Of a DNA stretch of 64,000 nucleotides, positions 18,511-27,893 are shown one piece after another. Where the stretch lies: contig CAWHXD010000006.1 of NCBI GenBank assembly GCA_963833225.1, positions 160,001 to 224,000 on the forward strand, in the 5' to 3' direction. The translations under genes and the position numbers were made by a program. How positions within the stretch are numbered: position 1 is the stretch's first letter; the number at the start of each line of letters is the position of its first letter. The notes below the pieces were generated by a model. The model saw only the letters and a program-made list of their open reading frames with translations. It was not told the origin of the DNA and did not search any database. The DNA comes from an uncultured Chloroflexia bacterium. Its GTDB lineage: Bacteria > Chloroflexota > Limnocylindria > Limnocylindrales > CSP1-4.

Positions 18511-19992
18511 GTGGTGGAGCAGGTGAACGGATCCGGCGACGAGACCGCGGTCGAGACGACGTGGGTCAACCAGCGGGATCCGGCGAAGCGGCTCGGCCCC
18601 GATGGGAAGCCGGCGGTGAGCCGCCGCGCCCCGATGTGGGCCGACACGCCCGATGAGAAGTGGAACGACTGGAAGTGGCAGCTCTCCCACCGGGTCAACG
18701 ATCTCGAGGATTTCGAGCAGATCCTGGAGCTGACCGACGAGGAGCGCGAGGGCCTGTCCGCGCCGGACAAGTTCAGGGTCGATGTCACCCCCTACTTCGC
18801 CAGCCTGATGGATCCGAAGGATCCGAATGATCCGATCCGGCGCCAGATCATCCCGCTGGGCCGCGAGCTGCGGTCGTTCACCGGGATGATGGAGGACTCG
18901 CTCGCCGAGGACCGCCACTCGCCCGTCCCGGGGCTGGTGCACCGCTACCCGGATCGCGTCCTGATGCTGATCACGACCCAGTGCGCGGTCTACTGCCGGT
19001 ACTGCACGCGCTCCCGGATCGTGGGTGACCCGACCCAGAACTTCAATCGCAAGGAGCACGAGGCCCAGCTCGAGTACATCCGCAACAACCCCCAGATCCG
19101 CGACGTGCTGATCTCGGGCGGTGATGGCCTCACGCTGGCGCCCAAGCTGCTGGAGTCCGCCCTGCGCGGCCTGCGCGACATCCCGCACGTCGAGATCATC
19201 CGCATCGGGTCGCGGGTGCCGGTGTTCCTGCCGCAGCGGATCGACGACGAGCTGTGCGAGATGCTCGCCAAGTACCACCCGCTGTGGCTGAACATCCACG
19301 TGAACCACCCCAACGAGATCACCCCCGAGCTGGCTCGTGCGTGCGACAAGCTGTCCCGCGCTGGCATCCCGCTGGGCAACCAGTCCGTCCTGCTGGCGGG
19401 GGTGAACGACTGCGTCCACACCCAGCGCGAGCTGGTCCAGCGCCTGGTGGAGAACCGGGTCCGGCCGTACTACATCTACCAGTGCGACCTGGTGGAAGGC
19501 GCCGGCCACTTCCGGACGCCGGTGGGCAAGGGGCTCGAGATCATCGAGGGGCTGCGCGGCCACACGTCGGGCTACGCGGTTCCCCAGTTCATCGTTGACG
19601 CGCCGGGCGGCGGCGGCAAGATCCCGGTCATGCCCAACTACCTGGTCTCGTACTCGGACCACAAGGTGATCCTTCGCAACTACGAGGGCTACATCACCAC
19701 CTACGAGGAGCCCACGGAGTACCAGCCACACGATTCCTCGACCTGCCGGTATTGCCAGAACCCGCGGCCCGAGCCGGGCCAGGAGGGGATCACCGGCCTG
19801 CTCGACGGCAAGAAGATGTGGATCGAGCCGACGGGGTTCCAGCAGGTGCACGATCGCGGCGCGACCGGCACGCACCGGCTCAAGGACCCCTCCAAGTGGG
19901 TACCGCTGGGCGTCGGTGCGATCGAGGGGTCGGCCACCGAGTCGACACGCGAGCTGCCCGTCCTCGAATCCGGTGACGCACCCGCCGAGTAG
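18511..19992 (+). CDS. kamA: KamA-family radical SAM enzyme (lysine 2,3-aminomutase)
   Basis: GLVHRYPDRVL, CAVYCRYC (CxxxCxxC), SGGD, NQSVLL, DAPGGGGKIP (PLP Lys); GGGAGG RBS before GTG 18511. Confidence 0.9.
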   Translation: MVEQVNGSGDETAVETTWVNQRDPAKRLGPDGKPAVSRRAPMWADTPDEKWNDWKWQLSHRVNDLEDFEQILELTDEEREGLSAPDKFRVDVTPYFASLMDPKDPNDPIRRQIIPLGRELRSFTGMMEDSLAEDRHSPVPGLVHRYPDRVLMLITTQCAVYCRYCTRSRIVGDPTQNFNRKEHEAQLEYIRNNPQIRDVLISGGDGLTLAPKLLESALRGLRDIPHVEIIRIGSRVPVFLPQRIDDELCEMLAKYHPLWLNIHVNHPNEITPELARACDKLSRAGIPLGNQSVLLAGVNDCVHTQRELVQRLVENRVRPYYIYQCDLVEGAGHFRTPVGKGLEIIEGLRGHTSGYAVPQFIVDAPGGGGKIPVMPNYLVSYSDHKVILRNYEGYITTYEEPTEYQPHDSSTCRYCQNPRPEPGQEGITGLLDGKKMWIEPTGFQQVHDRGATGTHRLKDPSKWVPLGVGAIEGSATESTRELPVLESGDAPAE

Positions 19993-20056
19993 ATCGAAAG
20001 GGGAGGTGGAGGACGCGGCTTTCCGGCCGCGGCGGTGCCCTGCCGCGGCGGTGCCC

Positions 20057-20305
20057 GACGGCCGCTTCGGCCCACGCCGCCGCGCTGCCCGACGGCCGGG
20101 TTGCCCTGACGGCCGCTTCGGCCCACGCCGCCGCGCTGCCCGATGGCCGGGTTGCCCTGACGGCCGCTTCGGCCCACGCCGCCGCGCTGCCCGATGGCCG
20201 GGTTGCCCTGACGGCCGCTTCGGCCCACGCCGCCGCGCTGCCCGATGGCCGGGTTGCCCTGACGGCCGCTTCGGCCCACGCCGCCGCGCTGCCCGATGGC
20301 CGGGT
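20057..20305. repeat. Tandem repeat, 51-bp unit, about 4.9 copies
   Basis: GACGGCCGCTTCGGCCCACGCCGCCGCGCTGCCCGA(T/C)GGCCGGGTTGCCCT starts at 20057, 20108, 20159, 20210 and 20261; no spacers. Confidence 0.95.
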
Positions 20306-20371
20306 CGGCCAGCCGCCGAGTCGCCCTGTCGCTCGCTTCACCCTGCCGCCAGGCTCGTCGGCCTTCGCTGG

Positions 20372-20494
20372 GAGTGAACGCTTTGCCGTCGAGGCAGGTT
20401 GTGGCGGCTTCCTCGCACGCCGGCGTTGACTCCGGGTGGCCGAGCGCTGCCCAGGCCGAGCCCAGAGCCACCTTCGGGCCGAAAGTGTTCACTC
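20372..20494. repeat. 123-bp element bounded by 13-bp inverted repeats (REP/MITE-like)
   Basis: GAGTGAACGCTTT (20372) and AAAGTGTTCACTC (ends 20494), 12/13 complementary. Confidence 0.5.
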
Positions 20495-20546
20495 AGGGTC
20501 AGCGCCGCTGGGCCCGCGGCCGGTGGCGCCGCAGCCTGAACAAGCC

Positions 20547-20596
20547 GCACGCGTCCAGCGCGCCGCCCGATGCACGCGTCCAGCGCGCCGCCCGCT
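20547..20596. repeat. 25-bp direct duplication
   Basis: GCACGCGTCCAGCGCGCCGCCCG at 20547 and 20572. Confidence 0.8.
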
Positions 20597-20646
20597 GCGC
20601 CCGCGTCGACGGGCGGCTCCCGGGTCGGGCCTACAATCGGCGAGCC

Positions 20647-21336
20647 ATGACGGAACGCGACGATCCCCGGCCGCCCGCGAAACGAAAGAAGCCACCCATT
20701 GGCCAGTCGATCGGAGGCGTGCTGTTCGGGTTCGAGCAGCAGGTGTGGCGCAACCAGCCGCCGCCCCACGAGCTTGTCCACCAGGCGCGGCCGGACGACC
20801 CGGTGCCCGCCGGTGACGGCAGCTTCCTGACGCTGGAGCTGCCGCCCACGATGAGCCTGCACCACGACGAGCCAGGGGGACCAACCATCGTGCCCGAGCT
20901 CGACCCCGGCGCCGTCGGCCGCCGCCAGCTTCCCGCCGGGTTCCCCGGCGACCTTCCGCGACCACCGGTCGTCGCCGAGCCCGGCGACCCGTTCAGCTCA
21001 CTTCGCGTGATTGACACCATCGCGCGCATGGACCGGGGGCGCACCATCCGGATGGACGACCTTGTCGACCGCCTCAACGCGACGCACCTCGACTGGCTGT
21101 TCACGCGACAGGTGGTGGTGGACGTGCTGGTCTCGCTCCAGGCGAACTGGATGGCCGACTACCGGAACAGCTCCGGGATCGTGCTCGACGACAGCGACCG
21201 GGGCCCCGTCGTGACCCTGGAGGACTCGCCGCGCGTGGACCCGTGGCTTACCCAGCAGGCGCAGCGCCACGCCCAGAGCTGCCGCGAGGCGCTCGATGCC
21301 TTTGCCCGACGGGACAGTCCCTACGCGTCGGGCTGA
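20647..21336 (+). CDS. Hypothetical protein (possibly two fused small ORFs)
   Basis: TACAAT 9 nt before ATG 20647; coding-like codon bias; internal ATGA at 20851. Confidence 0.6.
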   Translation: MTERDDPRPPAKRKKPPIGQSIGGVLFGFEQQVWRNQPPPHELVHQARPDDPVPAGDGSFLTLELPPTMSLHHDEPGGPTIVPELDPGAVGRRQLPAGFPGDLPRPPVVAEPGDPFSSLRVIDTIARMDRGRTIRMDDLVDRLNATHLDWLFTRQVVVDVLVSLQANWMADYRNSSGIVLDDSDRGPVVTLEDSPRVDPWLTQQAQRHAQSCREALDAFARRDSPYASG

Positions 21337-21340
21337 CGAC

Positions 21341-22045
21341 GTGGACGGCGGCCCCGGCCCCGGCCCCGCGCGGAGCACGCCAGGGCGAGGCGAGCCCGAG
21401 GTTGCCCTCTACGCTCCGGTCAAGGCGTTGCTCGAGGCGCAGGGCTACGAGGTCAAGGGCGAGGTCCTGGGCTGCGATGTCGTCGGTGTCCGCGGGGAGG
21501 AGCCGCCGGTGATCGTGGAGCTCAAGCGCTCGTTCTCGCTGGCGCTGGCGCTCCAGGGCATCGACCGGCTCTCCGTCAGCGACATCGTGTATCTCGCGGT
21601 CGGAGCGTGGCCGAGGCAACCCGCGGACGTGCGGCGGCTGTGCCGGCGGCTCGGGCTGGGCCTGATCGTGGTCACCGGCGGACGCGCCGACGTGCTGGAG
21701 GACCCGGTTCCGTACCGCCCCAGAAAGGACGTCCGACGACGCTCCCGGCTCCTGCGGGAGCACCAGCGGCGGGTCGGCGACCCGACGCCCGGCGGCGCCA
21801 ACCGGCAGCCCGTGATGACCGCGTATCGGCAGCAGGCCCTGCGCTGCGCCCGGCTCCTCGAGGCAGGCCCCATGCGCGTCCGCGATGTGAGGACGCAGGC
21901 GGACGCACCCGGAGCCGGCTCCATCCTGCGCGACGACGTCTACGGCTGGTTCGAGCGCGTCGAGCGCGGCACCTATCGCCTGACGCCAAACGGCCGGCTG
22001 GCGGTCAGCGCGGACCGGGAGCTGGATCCGGGCGCCGCCCCATGA
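21341..22045 (+). CDS. DUF2161 family putative PD-(D/E)XK protein
   Basis: LYAPVKALLEAQGYEVKGEV.GCDVV, IVELK, MTAYRQQAL, YGWFERVERGTYRLT. Confidence 0.85.
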   Translation: MDGGPGPGPARSTPGRGEPEVALYAPVKALLEAQGYEVKGEVLGCDVVGVRGEEPPVIVELKRSFSLALALQGIDRLSVSDIVYLAVGAWPRQPADVRRLCRRLGLGLIVVTGGRADVLEDPVPYRPRKDVRRRSRLLREHQRRVGDPTPGGANRQPVMTAYRQQALRCARLLEAGPMRVRDVRTQADAPGAGSILRDDVYGWFERVERGTYRLTPNGRLAVSADRELDPGAAP

Positions 22046-23231
22046 GCGCCGGGCCGCCGCCCGCGCGCGGGCCCCGTCCGTAGCGCGCCATGACGTCGAG
22101 CAGGCGATCGTGGTCCAGGGCGTGGGCGGTGATCCCGTCACGCCCGGTCATCGTCTGCGCTGCCAGCAGCGCGTTGACCACCGCCGCCTCGACCGCTTCG
22201 ACGGCCGCCTGGAACAGCGGCGACATCGCCTTGTCGACGACCATCCGTGCCTCGATGGTCCGCCTCGCATCCTTCTCCGTCCCGGATGCCCCGAGGGCGC
22301 GGTTGCCGGTGGCGAACGCGATGAACAGGTCGCCCGACCCGTGTGAGGCAATGGATCCCATGCGCGCCAGCCCCAGGCCGGCCCGCTGGGCCAGGCGCTC
22401 GCACTGGTGCGGGAGCAATGGTGCGTCCGTCGCCAGGACCACGATGATCGAGCCGCCGCCCGGGCCCTGGCGCCCCGCCATGCCGGGGGCCGCGTCCGAG
22501 CTCGCCGCGTCGAGGGCGTCCACCTGGTCCCACGCGCTCGGCACCTCGGTGACAGGGATCTCCTGGCCCACCGGCACACCGTCAACCCGGAGCAGGTCGC
22601 GCGAGCCGTAGTTGCCCTGGACCAGCGCCCCCACGGTCCAGCCGCCATCGGCGTCCGGCACCCGGCGAGAGGCCGTCCCGATGCCGCCCTTGAACTCGTG
22701 AAGGATCATCCCCGTGCCGCCGCCCACATTGCCTTCCGCGACGGGGCCGCCCGTTGCGGATGTGATCGCGGCGTCGACGTGCGCCGACCGCACGTGGAAC
22801 CCATCGATGTCGTTGAGCGCGCCGTCGTACGTCTCGCCCACCACCGGCAGCGAGTGGAACACGCCCTTGCCGTCGTTCACGTGCGCAGCGTGGGCCACCA
22901 GGGCATCACGGACGACCCCCACGCTGTGGGTGTTGGTGATGCCGATCACGCCACCCAGGAGGCCGGACTCTCGGATCCACTCAAGCCCCGTCAGCTCGCC
23001 GTTTCCATTGAGCCGATGGCAACCCGCAAACAGCGGCTCCGTCCAGACCGCGTCCTCGTGCGGGACGACGATCGTGACCCCCGTGCGGACAGGCCCCTCG
23101 CCGACGACCAGGGGCCCGTCGCCACTGATCAGCGTCGTGTGACCCACCAGCACGCCCGGTACATCCGTGATCGCGTCGTGCTGACCGGCCTCGAGCAGAC
23201 CGATCCTCAGGCCAAGCTCCCGAGCGCGCAT
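22005..23231 (-). CDS. DmpA/BapA-like P1 (S58) aminopeptidase
   Basis: DAITDVPGVLVGH, NGNGELTG, EGNVGGGTGM, autocleavage site G|SIIVVLATDAPL, GSGD. Confidence 0.9.
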   Translation of the reverse strand: MRARELGLRIGLLEAGQHDAITDVPGVLVGHTTLISGDGPLVVGEGPVRTGVTIVVPHEDAVWTEPLFAGCHRLNGNGELTGLEWIRESGLLGGVIGITNTHSVGVVRDALVAHAAHVNDGKGVFHSLPVVGETYDGALNDIDGFHVRSAHVDAAITSATGGPVAEGNVGGGTGMILHEFKGGIGTASRRVPDADGGWTVGALVQGNYGSRDLLRVDGVPVGQEIPVTEVPSAWDQVDALDAASSDAAPGMAGRQGPGGGSIIVVLATDAPLLPHQCERLAQRAGLGLARMGSIASHGSGDLFIAFATGNRALGASGTEKDARRTIEARMVVDKAMSPLFQAAVEAVEAAVVNALLAAQTMTGRDGITAHALDHDRLLDVMARYGRGPRAGGGPALMGRRPDPAPGPR

Positions 23232-23292
23232 CACACCTCCTGATGCCCCCGAGCGGGTGCCCGTCCGGGGAAACGCGTCCTATCATCGCCCA

Positions 23293-24804
23293 GTGCCGTC
23301 CTCGCCGCGAGCCACCGAGACAACCCGTCGCCCGTCCGGCGCCTCCGCTCCGGGAGGCGTGGTCACCCGGCGGCTCCCGTCGCTCGATGCCGTGCTGCCG
23401 ATGGATGCGGCCGAAGCCTTCCGCGACCTGCCCGGGCTGGCGCTGCTCGAGAGCGCGAGGCCCGGTCGCACCGGTCGTTGGAGCTACCTCAGCGCCGATC
23501 CCGTTTCGGTCGTGGACACGCCAGCGGAGGGACCGGATCCATTCGCGGAAGCTCGCGCGCTGCTGGTGCGGATGGACGGCGGATCGCCCTGGCCGTCGGG
23601 GGACCAGGGCGATCCCGTCACGCCGCCGTTCCTCGGTGGGCTGGTGGGGTTCCTCGGGTATGACCTCGGGCGCCGCTTCGAGCGGCTGCCATCGATCGCC
23701 CGGGTGGACCAGCACCTCCCGCTGCTGCGGCTCGCGCTCCACGACTGGACCATCGCCTGGGACCGGCGAACGGGACGGGCCTGGCTGGGTGTGCGGGCGG
23801 TTGACGGCGACGTCACCCGGGTGGCCAGGCGTGTAGGCCAGATCCTCGATCGGGTCGAGCGGTTCCTCGGCGGCTACCTGCCGGATCCCCGGCCGGTACC
23901 CGACTCGCGCTCGATCCCCGAGGCCGCGATCCCGACCTCGTTCCGCTCCGGGACCTCGCACCCGGCGTGGCTGGCGGGGGTGGACGCCGTCCGGGCAGCG
24001 ATCGGCCGGGGCGAGATCTACCAGGCGAACCTCACCCGGCGCCTGCTGGCGCCGTTCGCGGGGGACCCGTGGCCGCTGTTCCGGCGGCTCCGCACCGGGG
24101 ACCCGGCGCTGTTCTCGGGGTACCTGGACCTTGGCGCCTCCCCCGCCACCGGCGCCCCACGGGCGCTGCTGTCGGCGTCTCCCGAGCCGTACCTCTCGGT
24201 GGACGGCGACGGGAACGTGAGCACGGACCCGATCAAGGGAACCCGGCCCCGGGGCCGCAGTCGCGACGATGACCGGGCGCTGGCCCGCGAGCTGCTCGCC
24301 AGCCGCAAGGACCAGGCCGAGAACGTGATGATCGTGGACGTCCTGCGCAACGACCTGGGCCGGGTCTGCGAGCCGGGTTCCATCCGGGTGCCGCGGCTGC
24401 TGCGCCTGGAGCGGACCGCAGCGGTCCAGCACCTGGTCACGACCGTGACGGGGCGCCTTCGGCCGGACCGCGACGCGTTCGAGCTCCTCGCGGCGGCGTT
24501 TCCCGGCGGATCGATCACGGGTGCGCCGAAGATCCGCGCGATGGAGATCATCGAGGGGCTGGAGCCGGTGCGGCGCGGCCCCTATTGCGGCGCGATGTGC
24601 TGGATCGGTCCGGACGGGCGGCTCGGGTCGTCGATCCTCATCCGCACGTTCGTCGCGGACGGCGAGCGGCTCACCCTCCACGTCGGGGGCGGGATCACGT
24701 GGCGAAGCGACCCCCAGGACGAGTGGGACGAGACGGTCGCCAAGGCGAGTGGCCCCCTGTCGTCGATCGGGGCTGCCGAGGCACCCGGCGAGGTGGACCG
24801 ATGA
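23293..24804 (+). CDS. pabB: Aminodeoxychorismate synthase component I (PabB/TrpE-like)
   Basis: LLES, GEIYQANL, SASPE, PIKGTRPRG, AENVMIVDVLRNDLGRV, FPGGSITGAPK; followed by a class IV aminotransferase. Confidence 0.82.
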   Translation: MPSSPRATETTRRPSGASAPGGVVTRRLPSLDAVLPMDAAEAFRDLPGLALLESARPGRTGRWSYLSADPVSVVDTPAEGPDPFAEARALLVRMDGGSPWPSGDQGDPVTPPFLGGLVGFLGYDLGRRFERLPSIARVDQHLPLLRLALHDWTIAWDRRTGRAWLGVRAVDGDVTRVARRVGQILDRVERFLGGYLPDPRPVPDSRSIPEAAIPTSFRSGTSHPAWLAGVDAVRAAIGRGEIYQANLTRRLLAPFAGDPWPLFRRLRTGDPALFSGYLDLGASPATGAPRALLSASPEPYLSVDGDGNVSTDPIKGTRPRGRSRDDDRALARELLASRKDQAENVMIVDVLRNDLGRVCEPGSIRVPRLLRLERTAAVQHLVTTVTGRLRPDRDAFELLAAAFPGGSITGAPKIRAMEIIEGLEPVRRGPYCGAMCWIGPDGRLGSSILIRTFVADGERLTLHVGGGITWRSDPQDEWDETVAKASGPLSSIGAAEAPGEVDR

Positions 24805-25715
24805 GCGACCGGATGCCACGGTTCGTGTGGGTCGACGGTGCGGTCCGCCCGGCGGAGGACCTCCACCTGTCCGCGTTCGACCGGGGGTTCCAGCTCGGGG
24901 ACGCGCTGTTCGAGACGCTCCGGGCGCGCGCCGGCCACGTGACCGAGCTTGCCGAGCATTGCGCGAGGCTCCACCGATCGGCGGATGGGCTGGGCATCGC
25001 GCTGCCGGCCGACATCGACGCTCGCCTGGCTCGAGGGATCGGCGACCTGCTTGCGGCGGAGGGCCTTGACGGGCCTGGCGGCGATGCGTCCGTGCGGGTC
25101 ACCGTCTCGCGCGGTGCGTGGAGCTCACGCGGGCTGCTGCCCCCCTCCTCGGTGCACCTGGAACCCACCATCGTGATCCAGGTGTGGCCCGTGACGCCGG
25201 CGCCGGCCGATCACCTCGAGCGGGGCCTGTCGCTGGTGGCGTCCGTGATCCGGCGTGACCCGTCCAACCCGCTCCTGGCCCTCAAGACCACCTCCAGGGT
25301 GGACTATGTCTTCGCCCGCCTCGAGGCTCGCCGTGCCGGTGCCGAGGACGCGGTGTTCCTGACGTCGTCCGGCCATCTCTCCGAGTGCACCACCGCGAAC
25401 ATCTTCCTGGTTCGCACGGCCCTCGACGGCGCGATGGAGCTGGCAACCCCGGACCTCGCCTGCGGCATCCTGCCGGGCACGACCCGCTCCTGGCTGCTGC
25501 ACTGGGCGGACGGGGTCGGCCTGCGCCCCGTCGAGGGCTGGCTCACCCCGGACGAGCTCGCCGCGGCCGCCGAGGCGTTCATGTCCTCGTCGGTGGCCGG
25601 CGTGCTGCCGATCACGCGATTCAACGGGCACCCCATCGGTGACGGTCGGCCGGGCCCCTGGACGCTGCGGGCGCGGGCCGACCGCGAGGCGGTGTTCGGG
25701 GCCGGAAAGACGTAG
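24801..25715 (+). CDS. pabC: Class IV aminotransferase (ADC lyase-like)
   Basis: DRGFQLGDALFET, LKTTSR (PLP Lys), ECTTANIF, ILPGTTR. Confidence 0.78.
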   Translation: MSDRMPRFVWVDGAVRPAEDLHLSAFDRGFQLGDALFETLRARAGHVTELAEHCARLHRSADGLGIALPADIDARLARGIGDLLAAEGLDGPGGDASVRVTVSRGAWSSRGLLPPSSVHLEPTIVIQVWPVTPAPADHLERGLSLVASVIRRDPSNPLLALKTTSRVDYVFARLEARRAGAEDAVFLTSSGHLSECTTANIFLVRTALDGAMELATPDLACGILPGTTRSWLLHWADGVGLRPVEGWLTPDELAAAAEAFMSSSVAGVLPITRFNGHPIGDGRPGPWTLRARADREAVFGAGKT

Positions 25716-25982
25716 CCGCCGGCGGTGATGGCAGCGACACCCCGGCCGTTGCCAGCCAGTCACCGGATTCGCCCCGATGGGCCTCCGGACGGCGGAATCG
25801 TGGACCGGCAGACGACATTTCCGGCGGCGTGCGGCAAACCGCTGCCTCCGGGACAACGGTCTCGCCGCACGCGTGATGAGGGAGGCAGAATCGTGGACTC
25901 GGGGTCAACGGCTCCGCGACGAGGTGTAGTCGCCGCCAACGCGACGGCGGCTGAGCCGGGAGACCCGACCTACACTGGATCG

Positions 25983-26477
25983 ATGACGCGCGACGAGCTG
26001 ATCCTCCGCACCCGCCAGCTCATCGCCGAGGGCGAACGGCTCGAGGCGGACCCGTCGCTCACGGCGCTCCAGACCTGGCTCCAGCTGTCCGACGACCTGC
26101 TCGCCACGGCGTGGGGGTCGATGGATCGATACCACCTGGCGTGGCTGATGGTGGGCAAGCCCAAGGGGATCGTCCGCGGGCGTCCGATGACCGCCGAGGA
26201 GGAGTCGACCTACGTCCGGGAGGTCGCGGGCCAGAAGACGGCCGCGCTCCGGATGAGCCTCGATGCGGTGGAGCGCCAGGGCATGCCATACCGTGGCGAG
26301 ACCGGGGGGGTCGGCGCAGGTCAGGGTATGGGCCAGGTGCCCGCGAGCGGCGTCGGCCGGTCGATCCCCCTGGACCCCGCGCTGCAGGCGCGCCTGGACG
26401 AGGCCCGCCGCACCGCAGCCGAGCACCCCGCTCACGGCGAGCGGCGTGCCCCTCGACCGGAGCGACTCCAGCGGTAG
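25983..26477 (+). CDS. Hypothetical protein
   Basis: TACACT 6 nt before ATG; helical, coding-like sequence. Confidence 0.65.
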   Translation: MTRDELILRTRQLIAEGERLEADPSLTALQTWLQLSDDLLATAWGSMDRYHLAWLMVGKPKGIVRGRPMTAEEESTYVREVAGQKTAALRMSLDAVERQGMPYRGETGGVGAGQGMGQVPASGVGRSIPLDPALQARLDEARRTAAEHPAHGERRAPRPERLQR

Positions 26478-26513
26478 GCCCCGGCCCCGATGAGCACCGG
26501 GCGGCCGCGATCG

Positions 26514-26990
26514 TCAGCGGGCACGCGCGGCGCCCACCACAGCGGCGACCACGACCGACAGCGGTCCCCACAGCCCATACCGCTGCGCGACGTACTCGAG
26601 CGGGCCCAGCACGCCGCCCTGCGTCAGCGCGTATCCCCAGTCGATGGCGATCGCAAGCACGATCGCCCATGCCGCCAGCGACGCCGCCAGGGCGATGCGT
26701 CGCTGCCCCCTGGCGATGGTGTCATGGCCCCACCAGATCACAGCAACGCCGATGACCCAGCCGAGGAAGGCGGCGACGGCCAGCAGCCCGACACCCAGGT
26801 CCAGCAGCCCGATCAGGAAGAACGCCACGGCGCCTGCGTCCGCGACCACGAGGACGGCGACGATCGCTCGCGTCCTGGGGTTGCTCGCCGCCCCGTCTGG
26901 CGCCGCATCCCTGCCTGGTGCCGCCCGGTACCGCTCGCCGGGCGCCCGGTCCAGGCGCCGTCGCTCACCCCCGTCCTGCTGCTCGCTCAT
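26514..26990 (-). CDS. Hypothetical membrane protein (4 TM)
   Basis: Hydrophobic helices; TAGCAT 6 nt before ATG. Confidence 0.65.
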   Translation of the reverse strand: MSEQQDGGERRRLDRAPGERYRAAPGRDAAPDGAASNPRTRAIVAVLVVADAGAVAFFLIGLLDLGVGLLAVAAFLGWVIGVAVIWWGHDTIARGQRRIALAASLAAWAIVLAIAIDWGYALTQGGVLGPLEYVAQRYGLWGPLSVVVAAVVGAARAR

Positions 26991-27038
26991 CCCGACATGC
27001 TACGCATTGTGGCGTCCGGGGCGGTATCCTTCGGCACC

Positions 27039-27521
27039 GTGAGCCATCCGTCGCTGGGCAAGCCGCCGCGCAGCCTGCAGGCCGGGTACCCGGACGCCGC
27101 CGCGCGACTTCGCGCCGGCCGCGCCGCCCTCGCCGTCCGCGCGCTCGAGGTTGCCGTGGACGCGGATCCGACGATGCGAACCCGATACGACGAGGCCGGA
27201 TTGCGCAACCTCCTCCGTGACGCCGAAGTTCATGTCGACCGCCTCGCCCTGTGCGTGGCCGCCGACGACAGCCAGTGGCTGGGGCACTTCGCGGACCAGA
27301 CGGCCACCGTCTTCCGCCGCCGCCGCGTCGGGATGGACGACGTCGTGCGGCTCATGGATGGGCTCCGGGCGGCCGTCCGCGGGGTGCTGTCCGCGGACGA
27401 GATGGTTCCCGCCGACGGGGCCATCGACGAGGCCGTGAAGGTCTACCACGCGTATCGCCGGCTGTCGGGCGATGCCCGCCGGAAGAACCGGATCCTCGAC
27501 GCCATCTACAAGGGCATCTGA
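27039..27521 (+). CDS. All-helical protein, possibly globin/phycobiliprotein-like fold
   Basis: GTG 8 nt after TATCCT; LLRDAEVHVDRLALCVAADD...VLSADE resembles the allophycocyanin core by eye. Confidence 0.6.
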   Translation: MSHPSLGKPPRSLQAGYPDAAARLRAGRAALAVRALEVAVDADPTMRTRYDEAGLRNLLRDAEVHVDRLALCVAADDSQWLGHFADQTATVFRRRRVGMDDVVRLMDGLRAAVRGVLSADEMVPADGAIDEAVKVYHAYRRLSGDARRKNRILDAIYKGI

Positions 27522-27523
27522 CG

Positions 27524-27853
27524 ATGACGATCAAGTGGGTCCAGATCGACCCGCTCGTGATGAACGGCGAGCCCTTCTGCTATGGATCGCGCCTCACCGT
27601 CCGACAGGTCCTTGAGCTGCGGCGCAACGGCTACACCCTCGTGGACCTGCTCAAGGACCACCCGGAGCTCAAGGTGATGGGCATCGCAGAGGCGTACGCG
27701 TTCGCGGGCGCGAACCGCGCTCGATACGCGGAGTTCTTCGAGGCCGATGGTTCGCTGGTGGGACCCGGCTACACGGATGCCGAGTCCGCCCCGCTGCCCG
27801 AGCGCCTGCACATCCCGGGCATCGTGGTCAAGGGGGACGCGGTCCGCGCCTGA
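27524..27853 (+). CDS. DUF433 domain protein
   Basis: IDPLVMNGEPFCYGSRLTVRQVL...GYTLVDLLKDHPEL...IAEAYAF. Confidence 0.8.
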   Translation: MTIKWVQIDPLVMNGEPFCYGSRLTVRQVLELRRNGYTLVDLLKDHPELKVMGIAEAYAFAGANRARYAEFFEADGSLVGPGYTDAESAPLPERLHIPGIVVKGDAVRA

Positions 27854-27893
27854 GCGCGCCCTTCGGCTGCGGGGTGCTGGGCCAGGCGTGGCC

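Noticed and set aside
20057-20305. Possible CRISPR array or 17-aa repeat protein
   Set aside because: Units are contiguous with no unique spacers and no cas genes nearby. The open frames simply follow from a stop-free 51-bp unit and lack credible starts.
25827-25873. c-di-GMP-I riboswitch (GGCAAACC inside a GCGTGCGGC/GCCGCACGC stem)
   Set aside because: Lacks the GNRA-capped stem and downstream GACGCAAAG elements; kept only as an unexplained hairpin.
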